DNA from: an uncultured Candidatus Rokubacteria bacterium
GTDB taxonomy: Bacteria; Methylomirabilota; Methylomirabilia; Rokubacteriales; CSP1-6
Length of the DNA stretch: 64,000 nt
Reading direction: 5' to 3'
Assembly (NCBI GenBank): GCA_963758635.1
Contig: CAVWWD010000008.1
Location: 192,001-256,000, forward strand
The notes below the pieces were generated by a model. The model searched no databases. It was not told the origin of the DNA and saw only the letters and a program-made list of their open reading frames with translations. The position numbers and the translations under genes were made by a program. Below are positions 1 through 11,447 of the stretch, one piece after another (position 1 is the first letter of the stretch; each line of letters starts with the position of its first letter).

Positions 1-1
1 G

Positions 2-3000
2 GTCGTCGATCTCACCGGGCTCGACGCGGACGCCCGCGAAGCCGAGATGCTGCGGCGCCTCGCCGATGAGGCGCGCCGCCCGTTCGACCTCGCATCGCCT
101 CCGGTGCTGCGCGCGATGCTCGTCCGCATGGGCCCGGAGGAGCACGTGCTCCTGGTGGCCAACCACCACATCTGCTCCGACGGCTGGTCGGTGGGGATCA
201 TGGTCCGGGAGATGTCCGCGCTCTACGCCGCCTTCAGCGAGGGCCGCGAGCCGTCCCTCGCGCCGCTGCCCGTCCAGTACGCGGACTACGCGGTGTGGCA
301 GCGCGGCTGGCTGGAAGGGCCCGCCCTCCGCGATCAGCTCGGCTACTGGCGCGAACGCCTGGCCGGGGCGCCGCCCGAGCTCGAGCTGCCCGCCGATCGC
401 CCGCGCCCGCGCGAGCAGAGCTACCGCGGGTCGCGGCAGCTCGTGACGATGCCGCCGGCGCTGGCCGCGGCGGTGCGCGCGCTGAGCCGCGCCGAGCGCG
501 CCACGCCCTTCATGACGCTGCTCACCGCCTTCTACACGCTGCTCTTCCGGCACACCGGGCAGCCCGACCTCGTGGTGGGCACGGCCATCGCCGGGCGCAC
601 GCGGATCGAGACCGAGCCGCTGATCGGCTTCTTCGTGAACACGCTCGCGCTGCGCGGCGACTGCTCGGGCGACCCGACGTTCCGCGAGCTGCTCACCCGC
701 GTGCGCACCGCCGCGCTCTCTGCCTACGCCAACCAGGACGTGCCGTTCGAGAAGCTCGTCCAGGAGCTCCGGCCGGAGCGGCGGCTCGATCGATCGCCGC
801 TCGTGCAGGTGATGTTCGTCCTCCAGGACGGGACCCGTCCCGAGCTGGTGATGCCCGGCGTGACCGTCGCGCCGGTGGAGCTCCCCGCGCGGTCCGCCCA
901 GTTCGACCTGAGCCTGTCCGTGACCGACACGCCGGCCGGGCTGTCGGTGCGCGGGGAGTACAGCTCGGACCTCTTCGACGCGTCCACGGTGGCGCGCTTC
1001 CTCGGCCACTACCAGCGCGTGCTCGAAGGCGCGGTGGCCGACCCCGCGCGGCGGATCTCCGCCATCCCGATCCTCTCCGCGCCGGAGCGCGGGCAGGCGC
1101 TCGTGGAGTGGAACGCGCCCCGGCCGGGAGCGGGCGCCGTGTCCTGCCTGCACGCGCTGTTCGAGGCGCAGGCGGCCCGGCGCCCGGAGGCCGTGGCGGT
1201 GTCGCTCGGCGCCGAGCGCCTCACCTACGGCGACCTGAACGCGCGGGCGAACCGGCTCGCGAGCTTCCTGCGCCGGGCCGGCGTGGGGCCGGACGTGCTC
1301 GTCGGCATCTGCCTCGAGCCCTCGCTGGATCTGATCGTCGGCCTGCTCGCCATCCTCAAGGCGGGAGGCGCGTACCTGCCGCTCGACCCCGCGTACCCGG
1401 CGGACCGCCTCGCCTTCATGATGGACGACGCGCGGATCGCCGCGCTCCTGACCGAGCGCCGCCACGTGGACCGTCTGCCGCCCGGCCGGGCGCCCGTCAT
1501 CTGCATGGACGACGGGCTCGACGCGACGGAGAGCGACGCCGACCCGAAGGTCGAGGTCGATCCGCAGAACCTCGCCTACGTCATCTACACGTCCGGCTCG
1601 TCGGGCCGCCCCAAGGGCACGCTCATCACGCATGCGAACGTGTCGCGGCTGCTCGACGCCACGCGGCACTGGTTCGAGTTCGGCGAGGGCGACGTGTGGA
1701 CGCTGTTCCACTCCTACGCGTTCGACTTCTCGGTGTGGGAGATGTGGGGAGCCCTCGCCTACGGCGGGCGGCTGGTCGTGGTGCCGTACATGACGAGCCG
1801 GTCGCCGGCGGAGTTCCACGCGCTGCTGCGGGCGGAGGGCGTCACCGTGCTGAACCAGACGCCGTCCGCGTTCCGCCAGCTGATCGCCGCGGACGGCGAG
1901 GCCGGGCCGGGCGGCCGCGGTCTCGCGCTCCGCGCCGTCGTCTTCGGCGGCGAGGCGCTCCCGCTCGAGAGCCTGATGCCGTGGGTGGAGCGACACGGTG
2001 ACCGGGCCCCGCGCCTCATCAACATGTACGGGATCACCGAGACCACGGTGCACGTGACGTATCGGCCGCTCTCCGCCGACGAGATCCGCCGCGCCGGGGG
2101 AAGCGTGATCGGCGCCCCGATCCCCGACCTGCAGCTCTACGTGCTCGACCGCGCCATGGAGCCGGTGCCCATCGGCGTCGCGGGCGAGCTCTACGTCGGC
2201 GGCGCCGGGCTGGCCCGCGGGTACCTGGACCGTCCCGACCTCAGCGCGGAGCGGTTCCTGCCCGATCCGTTCGCCGGCGAGCCCGGGCGCCGGCTGTACC
2301 GCACGGGCGACCTCGCGCGCCGGCTCGCCGACGGCGACCTGGAATACCTCGGCCGCGCCGACCACCAGGTGAAGCTGCGCGGCTATCGCATCGAGCTGGG
2401 CGAGATCGAGGCGGCGCTCCGCGGGCTGCCGGGCGTGACCGACGTGGCCGTGGACCTCCGCCAGGCCGGATCGGGCGACGCCCGGCTCGTGGCCTACGTG
2501 GTGTTCGCGGGCGCCCGCCTGGCCCCCGCGGAGATGCGCGCCGTCCTCCGCCAGGAGCTGCCCGAGTACATGGTGCCCGCCGCGTTCGTGCCGCTCGCCG
2601 CGCTGCCCCTCACGCCCATGGGCAAGCTCGATCGGCGCGCGCTGCCCGCGCCCGACGAGGCCGCGCTCGAGCCGGCGGACCCGGCTGCTCCCATCGACGA
2701 TCCGCTGGTCCGCGAGCTCGCGGTGATCTGGGCCCGCGTGCTGGGCGTGCCCGCCGTGGGAGCGCGCGACAACTTCTTCGACCTCGGCGGGCACTCGCTC
2801 CTTGCCGTGCGCCTCATGGCGGAGGTGGAGCGGCGCTGGCGCCAGCGCCTGCCCCTCGTCGCCCTGTTCCGCGCGCCCACCGTCACGGACATGGCGGCGC
2901 TGCTCCGCGGCGACGGCGGGGCCGCGCTCGCCTCCACGCTGGTGGCGATCCAGCCCGCGGGCCACCTGCCGCCGCTCTTCTGCGTGCCCGAGCACACTGG

Positions 3001-3763
3001 CACCGTGCTCTGCTTCGAGCAGCTCGCGCGGCACCTGGCCCCCGACCAGCCGGTGTATGGGCTCGAGCCGCTCGGGCTCGACGGGCAGCGGGCCCCCCAG
3101 ACGCGCATCGAGGACATGGCGACGCATTACCTGGAGCACGTCCGGGCCGTCCAGCCCGCGGGCCCGTACTTCCTTGCTGGCTACTGCTTCGGCGGACTAG
3201 TAGCCTTCGAGATGGCGCAGCAGCTCCACGCGCGCGGTGAGGCGGTGGCGCTGCTCGCCGTGTTCAACACCTATGGGCCCGAACGTCGAGCCTCGGTCGC
3301 CGGGCTGTCGCCGTTCCGCCGCTTCGCGGTGCGGAGCGCGCGGCGGATGCACGTCGAGCGCGAGAACATGCGCGTGCTGACGCTCGGCGAGAAGCTCCGC
3401 TACCTGCTCGCCCAAACGTCCCGCGTGCACACGCGGCTCCGCGCGCGCCTGGACCGTGCCCGCGCCCGCCAGGCCGACCTGGCCCCGCACCTCACGCAGG
3501 TGGTCGCCGCGCACGACGAGGCGTTTCGCGCGTACACGCCGCGCCCGTACACCGGCAACCTCACGCTGTTCTGGTCGCAGCACCGCTTCGCGCGCTCGTT
3601 CGTGGACCCGTCGTTCGGCTGGCGACGAACGATCACCGGAAAGCTCGACATCCACCTCATCCCGGCTCGCACCGGCTCGGTGATCCAGGACGCGGAGGCC
3701 GTGCCTCTGGCCGCGGCGGAGCTCCGGCAGATCGTCCAGCGGATCACGATGGCGGGGGGGTAG
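2..3763 (+). CDS. NRPS, 5'-truncated by the window: C-A(Thr)-T-TE(Cys)
   Basis: Frame is open from the window edge. C motif HHICSDG; A motifs YTSGSSGRPKG, FDFSVWE, NMYGITETTVHVT (hand-read code DFWNVGMVHK, Thr type); T motif FFDLGGHSL; TE motif GYCFGG. Confidence 0.95.
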   Translation, partial: VVDLTGLDADAREAEMLRRLADEARRPFDLASPPVLRAMLVRMGPEEHVLLVANHHICSDGWSVGIMVREMSALYAAFSEGREPSLAPLPVQYADYAVWQRGWLEGPALRDQLGYWRERLAGAPPELELPADRPRPREQSYRGSRQLVTMPPALAAAVRALSRAERATPFMTLLTAFYTLLFRHTGQPDLVVGTAIAGRTRIETEPLIGFFVNTLALRGDCSGDPTFRELLTRVRTAALSAYANQDVPFEKLVQELRPERRLDRSPLVQVMFVLQDGTRPELVMPGVTVAPVELPARSAQFDLSLSVTDTPAGLSVRGEYSSDLFDASTVARFLGHYQRVLEGAVADPARRISAIPILSAPERGQALVEWNAPRPGAGAVSCLHALFEAQAARRPEAVAVSLGAERLTYGDLNARANRLASFLRRAGVGPDVLVGICLEPSLDLIVGLLAILKAGGAYLPLDPAYPADRLAFMMDDARIAALLTERRHVDRLPPGRAPVICMDDGLDATESDADPKVEVDPQNLAYVIYTSGSSGRPKGTLITHANVSRLLDATRHWFEFGEGDVWTLFHSYAFDFSVWEMWGALAYGGRLVVVPYMTSRSPAEFHALLRAEGVTVLNQTPSAFRQLIAADGEAGPGGRGLALRAVVFGGEALPLESLMPWVERHGDRAPRLINMYGITETTVHVTYRPLSADEIRRAGGSVIGAPIPDLQLYVLDRAMEPVPIGVAGELYVGGAGLARGYLDRPDLSAERFLPDPFAGEPGRRLYRTGDLARRLADGDLEYLGRADHQVKLRGYRIELGEIEAALRGLPGVTDVAVDLRQAGSGDARLVAYVVFAGARLAPAEMRAVLRQELPEYMVPAAFVPLAALPLTPMGKLDRRALPAPDEAALEPADPAAPIDDPLVRELAVIWARVLGVPAVGARDNFFDLGGHSLLAVRLMAEVERRWRQRLPLVALFRAPTVTDMAALLRGDGGAALASTLVAIQPAGHLPPLFCVPEHTGTVLCFEQLARHLAPDQPVYGLEPLGLDGQRAPQTRIEDMATHYLEHVRAVQPAGPYFLAGYCFGGLVAFEMAQQLHARGEAVALLAVFNTYGPERRASVAGLSPFRRFAVRSARRMHVERENMRVLTLGEKLRYLLAQTSRVHTRLRARLDRARARQADLAPHLTQVVAAHDEAFRAYTPRPYTGNLTLFWSQHRFARSFVDPSFGWRRTITGKLDIHLIPARTGSVIQDAEAVPLAAAELRQIVQRITMAGG

Positions 3764-3774
3764 CTCGGGGCGCC

Positions 3775-6700
3775 ATGGCGCAAGGGCCTGAGCGGTCGCC
3801 CCTGTCGTTCCAGCAGCAACGCCTGTGGCTCCTGCATCAGCTCGAGCCGGGCCTCACGGCGTACAACGTCCCCTCGGCGGTGGAGCTGGAGGGCGAGCCT
3901 CGACGCCGACGCCCTCGGGCGCGCGCTGTCCGCCCTCGTCGAGCGTCACGCCGTCCTGCGGACGACGTACGTCGCCGGCGACCTCGAGCCCGTCCAGGTC
4001 GTGGGCCCGCCCCGCCCCGTGGCGCTTCCCGTCGTGGACCTGTCGGCGGCGCCCGAGACGCGCCTCGACGCGGAGGTGACCGATCGCCTCGTGGCCGAGG
4101 CGCGGCGCCCGTTCGACTTGACGCGCGACGTGATGCTCCGCGCGCTGCTCCTCCGGCTGTCCGCCACCCGGCACGTGCTCTGCCTCGTCACCCATCACAT
4201 CGCCTCCGACGGCTGGTCACGGATCGTGCGCACGCGCGAACTGGCCGCGCTCTATGGTGCCTTCCGCGCCGGCGCCGCCCCCGACCTGCCGCCGCTGCCC
4301 ATGCAGTACGTGGACTACGCCGTCGACCAGCGCCAGCGCCTGGCTGGCGAGGCGCTCTCGGCCGAGGTCGAGTATTGGCGCGCCACGCTGGAGGGCGGAG
4401 GACCGGGAACCGAGCTGCCGACCGACTGGCCGCGGCCGCCGGCCCAGAGCTACCGCGGCGCGCTCGTCCTCGGGCTGCTGCCCCGCCGGCTTGCCGACGC
4501 GCTCCGCGCCCTCGGCCGGGCCGAGCGCGCCACGCCGTTCATGGCGCTGCTCGCCGGGTTTCAGGCGCTCCTGTGCCGCTACACCGCCCGCGACGACGCC
4601 GTCGTCGGCACGGTGATCGCCGGACGCACGCGCCCCGAGTTCGAGCCGCTCATCGGCTTTTTCGCCAACACCCTCGTGCTGCGCACCGACCTCTCCGGCC
4701 GGCCCACGTTTCGCGAGGCGATCCGCCGCGTGCGCGAGGGGGCGCTCGACGCCTACGAGCACCAGGACGTGCCGTTCGAGAAGCTGGTGCAGGAGCTCCG
4801 GCCGGAGCGGAGCCTCGCCCGCCATCCGCTCTTCCAGCTGATGTTCGTCCACCAGCGGCCGGGCACGGCCGCCTTCGAGCTGCCCGGGCTGGCCGCGCGC
4901 CCGGTGACGGTCGACGCGGGGACGTGCCACTTCGACCTGAGCCTGCACGCGACCGACACGCCCGAGGGCGTGGCCTTGCGCGCGGAGTACGCGACGGATC
5001 TCTTCCACGGTGCCTCCATCGAGGGTCTCCTCCGCCACTACCAGACGCTGCTCGCGGCGGCGGTCGCCGCGCCGGACCGGCCGCTGGCCGCGCTTCCGCT
5101 GCTGGACGAGGAGGGCCGCCGGCGTGCCGTCGTCGCGTGGAATGCGCCGCCGGCAGGCGAGGACCTGCGGCCGGCGCCGGAGGCATCGACGCTGCACGGG
5201 CTCTTCGAGGCCCAGGCCTCCCGCACGCCCGATCGGGTCGCGGTGGCGTGCGAGGGGCATGAGCTCACCTACGCCGAGCTGGACCGGCGCGCCAACCGCC
5301 TCGCCCACCGGCTGCGCGGGATGGGGGTGACATCGGGGTCGCGGGTCGGGCTCTGCGCGGACCGCTCGATCGAGATGGTCGTCGGCCTCCTCGGCGTTCT
5401 CAAGGCGGGCGCCGCCTTTGTGCCGATCGATCCCGACACACCCGAGCGCCGCGTGGAGTTCGTGATCGAGGACGCCCGGCCCGAGATGCTGCTCGTCGAT
5501 CCGGCGGCCGGCCCGCGGCTGCCCGCCGCCGCGCGTGCTCTCGCCGTCTCTCTCGACGAGGACCCGGCGGGCGCCGACGGCCGGACGCCGCCGGCGGTGG
5601 CCGGGGAGCCCGGCGCGCTCGCCTACGTCCTCTACACCTCAGGCTCCACCGGCCGGCCCAAGGGCGTGCTCGTCGAGCACCGCCAGCTCCTCGCCTACGC
5701 CTGCGCGGTCGTCGCGCGCTTCGGTCTGGCGGACGGCGGCCGCTTTGCGATGGTGCAGCCGCTGACCGTCGACTCCTGCCAGACCGTGATCTTCCCCGCG
5801 CTGGGCTGCGGCGGGACGCTGCACCTCGTGGGCCGCGAGCGCGCGCTCGACGACGCGGCGCTCGCCGAGTACATGCGGACGCAGCGTATCGACTATCTCA
5901 AGATCGCCCCCTCGCACCTCGCCGCCCTCGTCGCCGGCTCCACCGACCCCGCCGGCCTCTTGCCCGCGCGCGGGCTGTTCCTTGGAGGCGAGGCGTTGCA
6001 CTGGGGCCTCGTCGAGCGCCTGCAGGCGCTGGCGCCGCGCTGCGCGATGTGGAACCACTACGGCCCGACGGAGACGACGGTCGGAGTGCTCGCGTATCGG
6101 ATCGACGAATCGGGCCACCGGGGCCGAACGCTTTCGGTGCCGCTCGGGCGGCCGCTCGGACATGCCCGCATCTACGTGCTCGACCGCTTCGGCCATCCCC
6201 AGCCCGCGGGCGTGCCGGGCGAGATCCACGTCGGGGGCCCGGCCGTGGCGCGCGGCTATCTCGCGGGCCCCGACCTCACCGCCGCGCAGTTCGTGCCAGA
6301 CACGCTCAGCGGCGGCACGGGGGAGCGCCTGTACCGCACCGGCGACCAGGCCCGGTACCTGGCCGACGGGGCCGTGGAGTTCTTGGGACGAATCGATGAG
6401 CAGGCGAAGATCCGCGGTCTCCGCATCGAGCCCGGGGAGGTCGAGGCGGCGCTCGGCGAGCATCCCGGCGTGGCCGAGCGCGTCGTGGTCGTGCGCGCGG
6501 ACCCGGCGGGGGAGCCCGCGCTGGTCGCCTACGTCGTCGCACGGCCGGGACACGTCCTCGCCGCGCCCGAGGTGCGGGCGTTCCTCGCCGAGCGGCTGCC
6601 CGCCCCGATGATCCCGACGGCGATCGTGTCGCTCGACGCGCTGCCCCGGTTGGCGCACGGCAAGCTCGACCGGCAGGGGCTGCCCGCGCCCTCGCTCGTG

Positions 6701-7063
6701 ACGGTGCGGGAGGCCGCCGGCGAGCCGCCACGCACGGAGCCCGAGCGAGTGATCGCGGCCATCTGGGCGGAGCTGCTCGGGTTCGCCGCGGTGGGCCGCG
6801 ACGACGACTTCTTCGGCCTGGGTGGGCACTCGCTCCTCGGCGTGCGCCTGATCTCCCGCCTGCGCGCGACCTTCGGAATGCCCGTGCCGTTCCGGCTGCT
6901 CTTCGAGGCGCCCACCGTGGCGGGCATGGCCGCCTGGGTGGCGGCCCGCGGCGATGCCGACGACCTCGCCGACCTGGAAGCGCTCTCCGAGGAGGAGGCG
7001 GAGGCGGCGCTCGCGCGCGAGCTGGACCGCCGCCGAACGGATCGACCCGCCACCGATGGCTGA
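3775..7063 (+). CDS. NRPS module C-A(Asp/Asn-like)-T; one frameshift near 3900
   Basis: N-terminal PLSFQQQRLWLL (C-domain start) continues in another frame with HHIASDG, YTSGSTGRPKG, NHYGPTETTVGV and FFGLGGHSL. Ends in an acidic docking-like tail LEALSEEEAEAAL. Confidence 0.92.
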
Positions 7064-10000
7064 TCGCGCCTCTCGTATCGCCGGGCTGTCGCCGGCCAAG
7101 CAGGCCCTCCTTGCCCTGCGTCGCCAGGCCGAGGGGCGGGCCGCGCGCATCCCGCGCGCGCCCCGACGCGACGCGGACCCGCTGTCGTTCGCGCAGGAAC
7201 GCTTCTGGTTCCTGCACCAGCTCGACGCCGCCGCCCCGAACCTCAACCTGTTGCGGGCCTACCGTCTCTCGGGTCCGCTCGACGCGGCGGCCCTCGAGCG
7301 CGCCGTCGCCGGGTGATCGCGCGCCACGACGTGCTGCGCGCGACGATCGCGCTCGACGCCGACGCCCGGCCCGTCCAGGTGCGCGACGGCGCCGCGCCGG
7401 TCCTCGAGACGGTGGACCTCACTCACGTGCCCCCCGCCGAGCGCGGCGAGGCGGCCCGCCGGCACGTCGACGAGGTCGGCCGGACCCCGTACGACCTCGC
7501 CCGCGGGCCGCTGGTCAGGGCCCGGCTCGTGCGGCTGTCCGCGGAGGACCATCTCTTCGTCATGTCGCTGCATCACATCGTGGGTGACGCCTGGTCGTTC
7601 TCGGTGCTGATGGGCGACGTCACCGCGGCCTACGCCGCGATCCTCGCGGGGCGGCCGGGGCTGGCCGAGCTGCCCATCCAGTACGCGGACTTCGCCGCCT
7701 GGCAGCAGGACGTGGTCGCCAGCGGCCAGCTGGATGGCGAGCTGGCGTACTGGCGCGGCAAGCTGAGCGGCGCCCGGGAGGCCCGGATGGCCGCGGACTG
7801 GCCGTACCCGGCCGTGCGCACCCACGCGGGCGCCCGCGAGCGGCTGCGCCTGCCCCCGCCCGTCGCCGACGCGCTGCTCGCGCTCGGCCGGAGCGAGGGG
7901 CGAGCCCGTTCATGGTCCTCCTCGCCGGCCTCGCCACCCTGCTCCATCGCCAGAGCGGGGAGGAGGACGTGTCCATCGGCTCGCCGATCGCGGTGCGGAA
8001 CCGGATCGAGCTCGAGCCCCTCGTGGGCTGCCTGCTCAACACGCTCGTGCTCCGCATGGACCTGTCGGGCGCGCCGACGTTCCGCGAGCTGCTCCGCCGG
8101 GCCCGCGCGACCGCGCTCGAGGCCTACGAGCACCAGGAGGTGCCCATCGAGCGCCTGCTCGCCGAGCTCCGGCCGATGCGGCTCGGCAGTCGCGCGCCGC
8201 TGTTTCAGGTGATGCTCAACATGCACGACGTGTCGCACGCGTTCGCCCTGGAAGGCGTGCGCGTGGAAGAGGTGCGCCCGGACCGGCGCGGGGCCTTCTT
8301 CGACATGACCGTCTACTTCCGCCGGGACGACGAGGGCGCGCTCGGCCTCATCCTCGCGTACAGCCGCGACCTCTACGAGGCCCCGCGGGCGCGCGACGTC
8401 CTGGCCCAGCTCGGCGGGCTCCTCGAGCACGCCGCCCGCGATCCCGATCGCCGGCTCGCCGGCTTCTCGCTGCTCACGGAAGGGGCGCGCGCCGCCCTGC
8501 CCGACCCTCGGCTGCCGCTGGATGCGAGCTGGAAGGGGGCCGTGCACGAGGGATTCGCGGCGCAGGCCCGGCGCCATCCCGACCGCCTCGCTGTCCAGGA
8601 CGACGCCGGCGCATGGACCTACGGAGAGCTCGACGCCCATAGCAGCCGGATCGCCCACCACCTCCGCGCGGGTGGGGTCGGATCCGAGGAGGTCGTGCTG
8701 ATCTACGCCCGCCGCAGCGCCCCGCTCGTGGCCGCCATGCTGGGCGTGCTGCGGGCGGGGGCGGCGTTCAGCATCCTGGACCCAGCGCATCCCGAGCGCC
8801 GGCTCCTCGAGTGCGCGCGGCAGGCGCGCCCGCGCGGCTGGATCGAGATCGACGGCGCGCCACCGCCGCCGGCCGAGCTGGCGGCGTTCGCCGAGGCCGT
8901 GCCGTGCCGCTGCCGACTCGGCCCCGGGCTCGCGGCGGTCACCGCCTCGGGCGCACCGCTGTCCGCCCATCCCGCGTGGGCGCCGGACGTGGTGGTCGGG
9001 CCGGACAGCCTGGCCTGTGTCACGTTCACGTCGGGGTCCACCGGGCAGCCAAAGGGCGTGCTCGGTCTCCACGGCTCGCTCTCCCATTTCCTTCCGTGGC
9101 AGGCCGAGGCCTTCGGTCTCGTCGAGACGGACCGCTTCAGCATGCTGTCCGGGCTCGCCCACGACCCGATCCAGCGCGACGTGTTCACGCCGCTCTGGGT
9201 CGGCGCATCGATCGTGGTCCCCGACCCCGACCGCATGATGGAGCCGGGCTGGCTCGCCGACTGGGCGGCGGAGAGCGCGATCAGCGTGCTACAGCTCACG
9301 CCCGCCATGCTCCAGGTGCTCGCCGAGACCGCGGCGCCGGGGCGGCTCGCCGGCCTCCGGCTGGCGTTCACCGTGGGTGACGTCCTGACCCGCCACGACG
9401 TGGCGCGGTTGCGCGAGGTGGCGCCGCGGGTCACCCACGTCAACTACTACGGGGCCACCGAGACCCAGCGGGCGCTCGGGCATCACGTTGTCCCCGCCGA
9501 CGACGCGTCCGGGCCCGACGTGCTGCCGCTCGGGCGTGGGCTGCCGGACGCCCAGCTCCTGGTCGCTCAACCGCACGGGCGCGCTGGCCAGCGTGGGCGA
9601 GCTGGGCGAGATCCACGTGCGGAGTCCGCATCTGGCCCGCGGCTACCTCGACGACGATGCGCTCACGCGCGATCGCTTCCTGGTCAACCCTTTCACCGGC
9701 GACCGGGACGACCGCCTGTACCGGACAGGGGACCTCGGACGCTACCGCGCCGACGGCGTCGTGCAGTTCGCGGGGCGCGTGGACAGCCAGGTCAAGGTGC
9801 GGGGCTTCCGCGTGGAGCTGGGCGAGGTCGAGGCCGCGCTACGCGCGCACCCCGACGTTGGCGACGCCGTGGTCGTGCCGTGCCAGGACCAGCCGGGTGA
9901 GGTTCGCCTGGTGGCCTATCTCACCGCCGGCACGGACGTTCCTCACGCCGTCCGCGCTCCAGCGCTTCGTCGGCGAACGGCTGCCCGCCTTCATGGTCCC

Positions 10001-11178
10001 CGCGCAGTTCGTCAGGCTCCAGGCCATGCCGCTGACGCCGAACGGCAAGGTGGACCGCGCCGCGCTGCCCGCGCCCTCCCGCTCCTGGCTCGAGACCGGC
10101 GAGCCGTTCGTGGCCCCGCGTGACGAGCTGGAGGCGGGCCTCGCCGGTATCTGGGCGAGCGTCCTCGGCGTGGACCGCGTCGGGGTGACGCAGAGCTTCT
10201 TCGATCTGGGTCGGGCATTCCCTCACCGCCGTGCGCCTTGCCGCGCGGGTCGAGCGGGAGCTCGGGCATCGTCTCGACCTCGCGAGCCTGTTCCAGGCGC
10301 CTACCGTGGAGCAGCAGGCCGCGCTCCTGCGCGGCGAGGTCGGGTCGCGCCGCCGCGGCGCGCTCGTCGCCATCCAGCCGCGCGGGTCCGACCCGCCGCT
10401 CTACTGCGTGCCGGGCCACGCGGGAACCGTGCTCTGCTTCGAGGAGCTTGCCCGCCGCCTGGCGCCTGACCAGCCGCTGTACGGGCTCGAGCCGCGCGGA
10501 CTCGGCGACGGCCTGGCGCCGCGCGCGCGCGTGGAGGACACCGCCGCCGACTACGTCCGCGAGCTGCGCGCGTTCCAGCCGCGCGGTCCGTACTTCGTGG
10601 CCGGCTTCTGCTTCGGCGGGCTGGTGGCGTTCGAGATGGCCCACCAGCTCCTGGCCGTCGGCGAGCAGGTGGCGCTGCTTGCGCTGTTCGACGCGAGGGG
10701 ACGGGGCGTCGCGTCCGCCAGCCGCGGGCACCTCGTCGAGCGTGCCCTGGGACGCGCAGGACGCCGGATCGTCGTGGAGCACGCCAACCTTCGGCGGCTC
10801 CCCATGCGATCCCGGCTCGCCTACTTCCAGGCCCAGGGCCACCGGATCCTCGGCCGGATGAGGATGCGTCTGCACCGGCCCGGCGTGGCCGCCGACGTCG
10901 ACGCCGGGATCGCCACGCTGGCTCGAGCACAGGCGGCGGCGGCGCGCGCGTACACCGCCCGACCGTATCCCGCGCCCGTCGTGCTCTTCATGGCCCAGCG
11001 GCCCTACACAACCCACTACGTGGACCCGCACTTCGGCTGGAGAGACCTGGTCACCGGCCGCCTGGACGTGCGGCTGGTCCCGATCGGGGAGGGTACGGTC
11101 ATTCAGCACCCGGAGGGAGCGCGCGTCGTCGCGGCCGATCTGGCCGAGCGGATCCGTCAGGCGTCGACGGCCGTCTGA
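7056..11178 (+). CDS. NRPS C-A(Lys2/aminoadipate-like)-T-TE(Cys); frameshifts near 7313, 7900, 9565, 9935 and 10212
   Basis: ATG overlaps the upstream stop. Consecutive frames give LSPAKQALL, PLSFAQERFWF, HHIVGDA, FTSGSTGQPKG, AHDPIQRD, LYRTGDLGRY, TPNGKVDR, FFDLG and TE GFCFGG. Confidence 0.88.
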
Positions 11179-11185
11179 CCGCCGC

Positions 11186-11270
11186 TAATGATCCTCGCAG
11201 AATACGGTAACCGCCACGGGCCTCTACAATCCCACCGCTCGGCATTAGTCTGATGCGCGGGGCTCACTAG
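11186..11270. repeat. 85-bp dispersed repeat, copy 1 (upstream of NRPS4)
   Basis: Aligns ungapped with 16546-16630 at 7 mismatches in 85 by hand count. Confidence 0.9.
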
Positions 11271-11447
11271 ACGGCTCCCGTCCAAACGGGAAAACACTTC
11301 CCATCCAGGTCAAGACCGTGGACACTCGTGTGGAGGCCGCCGGTCGAGCCTTCCAGCCAGGTCCCTGAATCTAGAGGCAAAGGTCGGTTGGCATCGGATT
11401 TCCATGCGCTCAGGCGGACGGAGACCGATGAGCCATGTCGAAACCCC

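Noticed and set aside
11389..11405. Sigma54 promoter upstream of NRPS4 (TTGGCATCGGATTTCC)
   Set aside because: The -24 GG is present but the -12 reads TTCC rather than TTGC.
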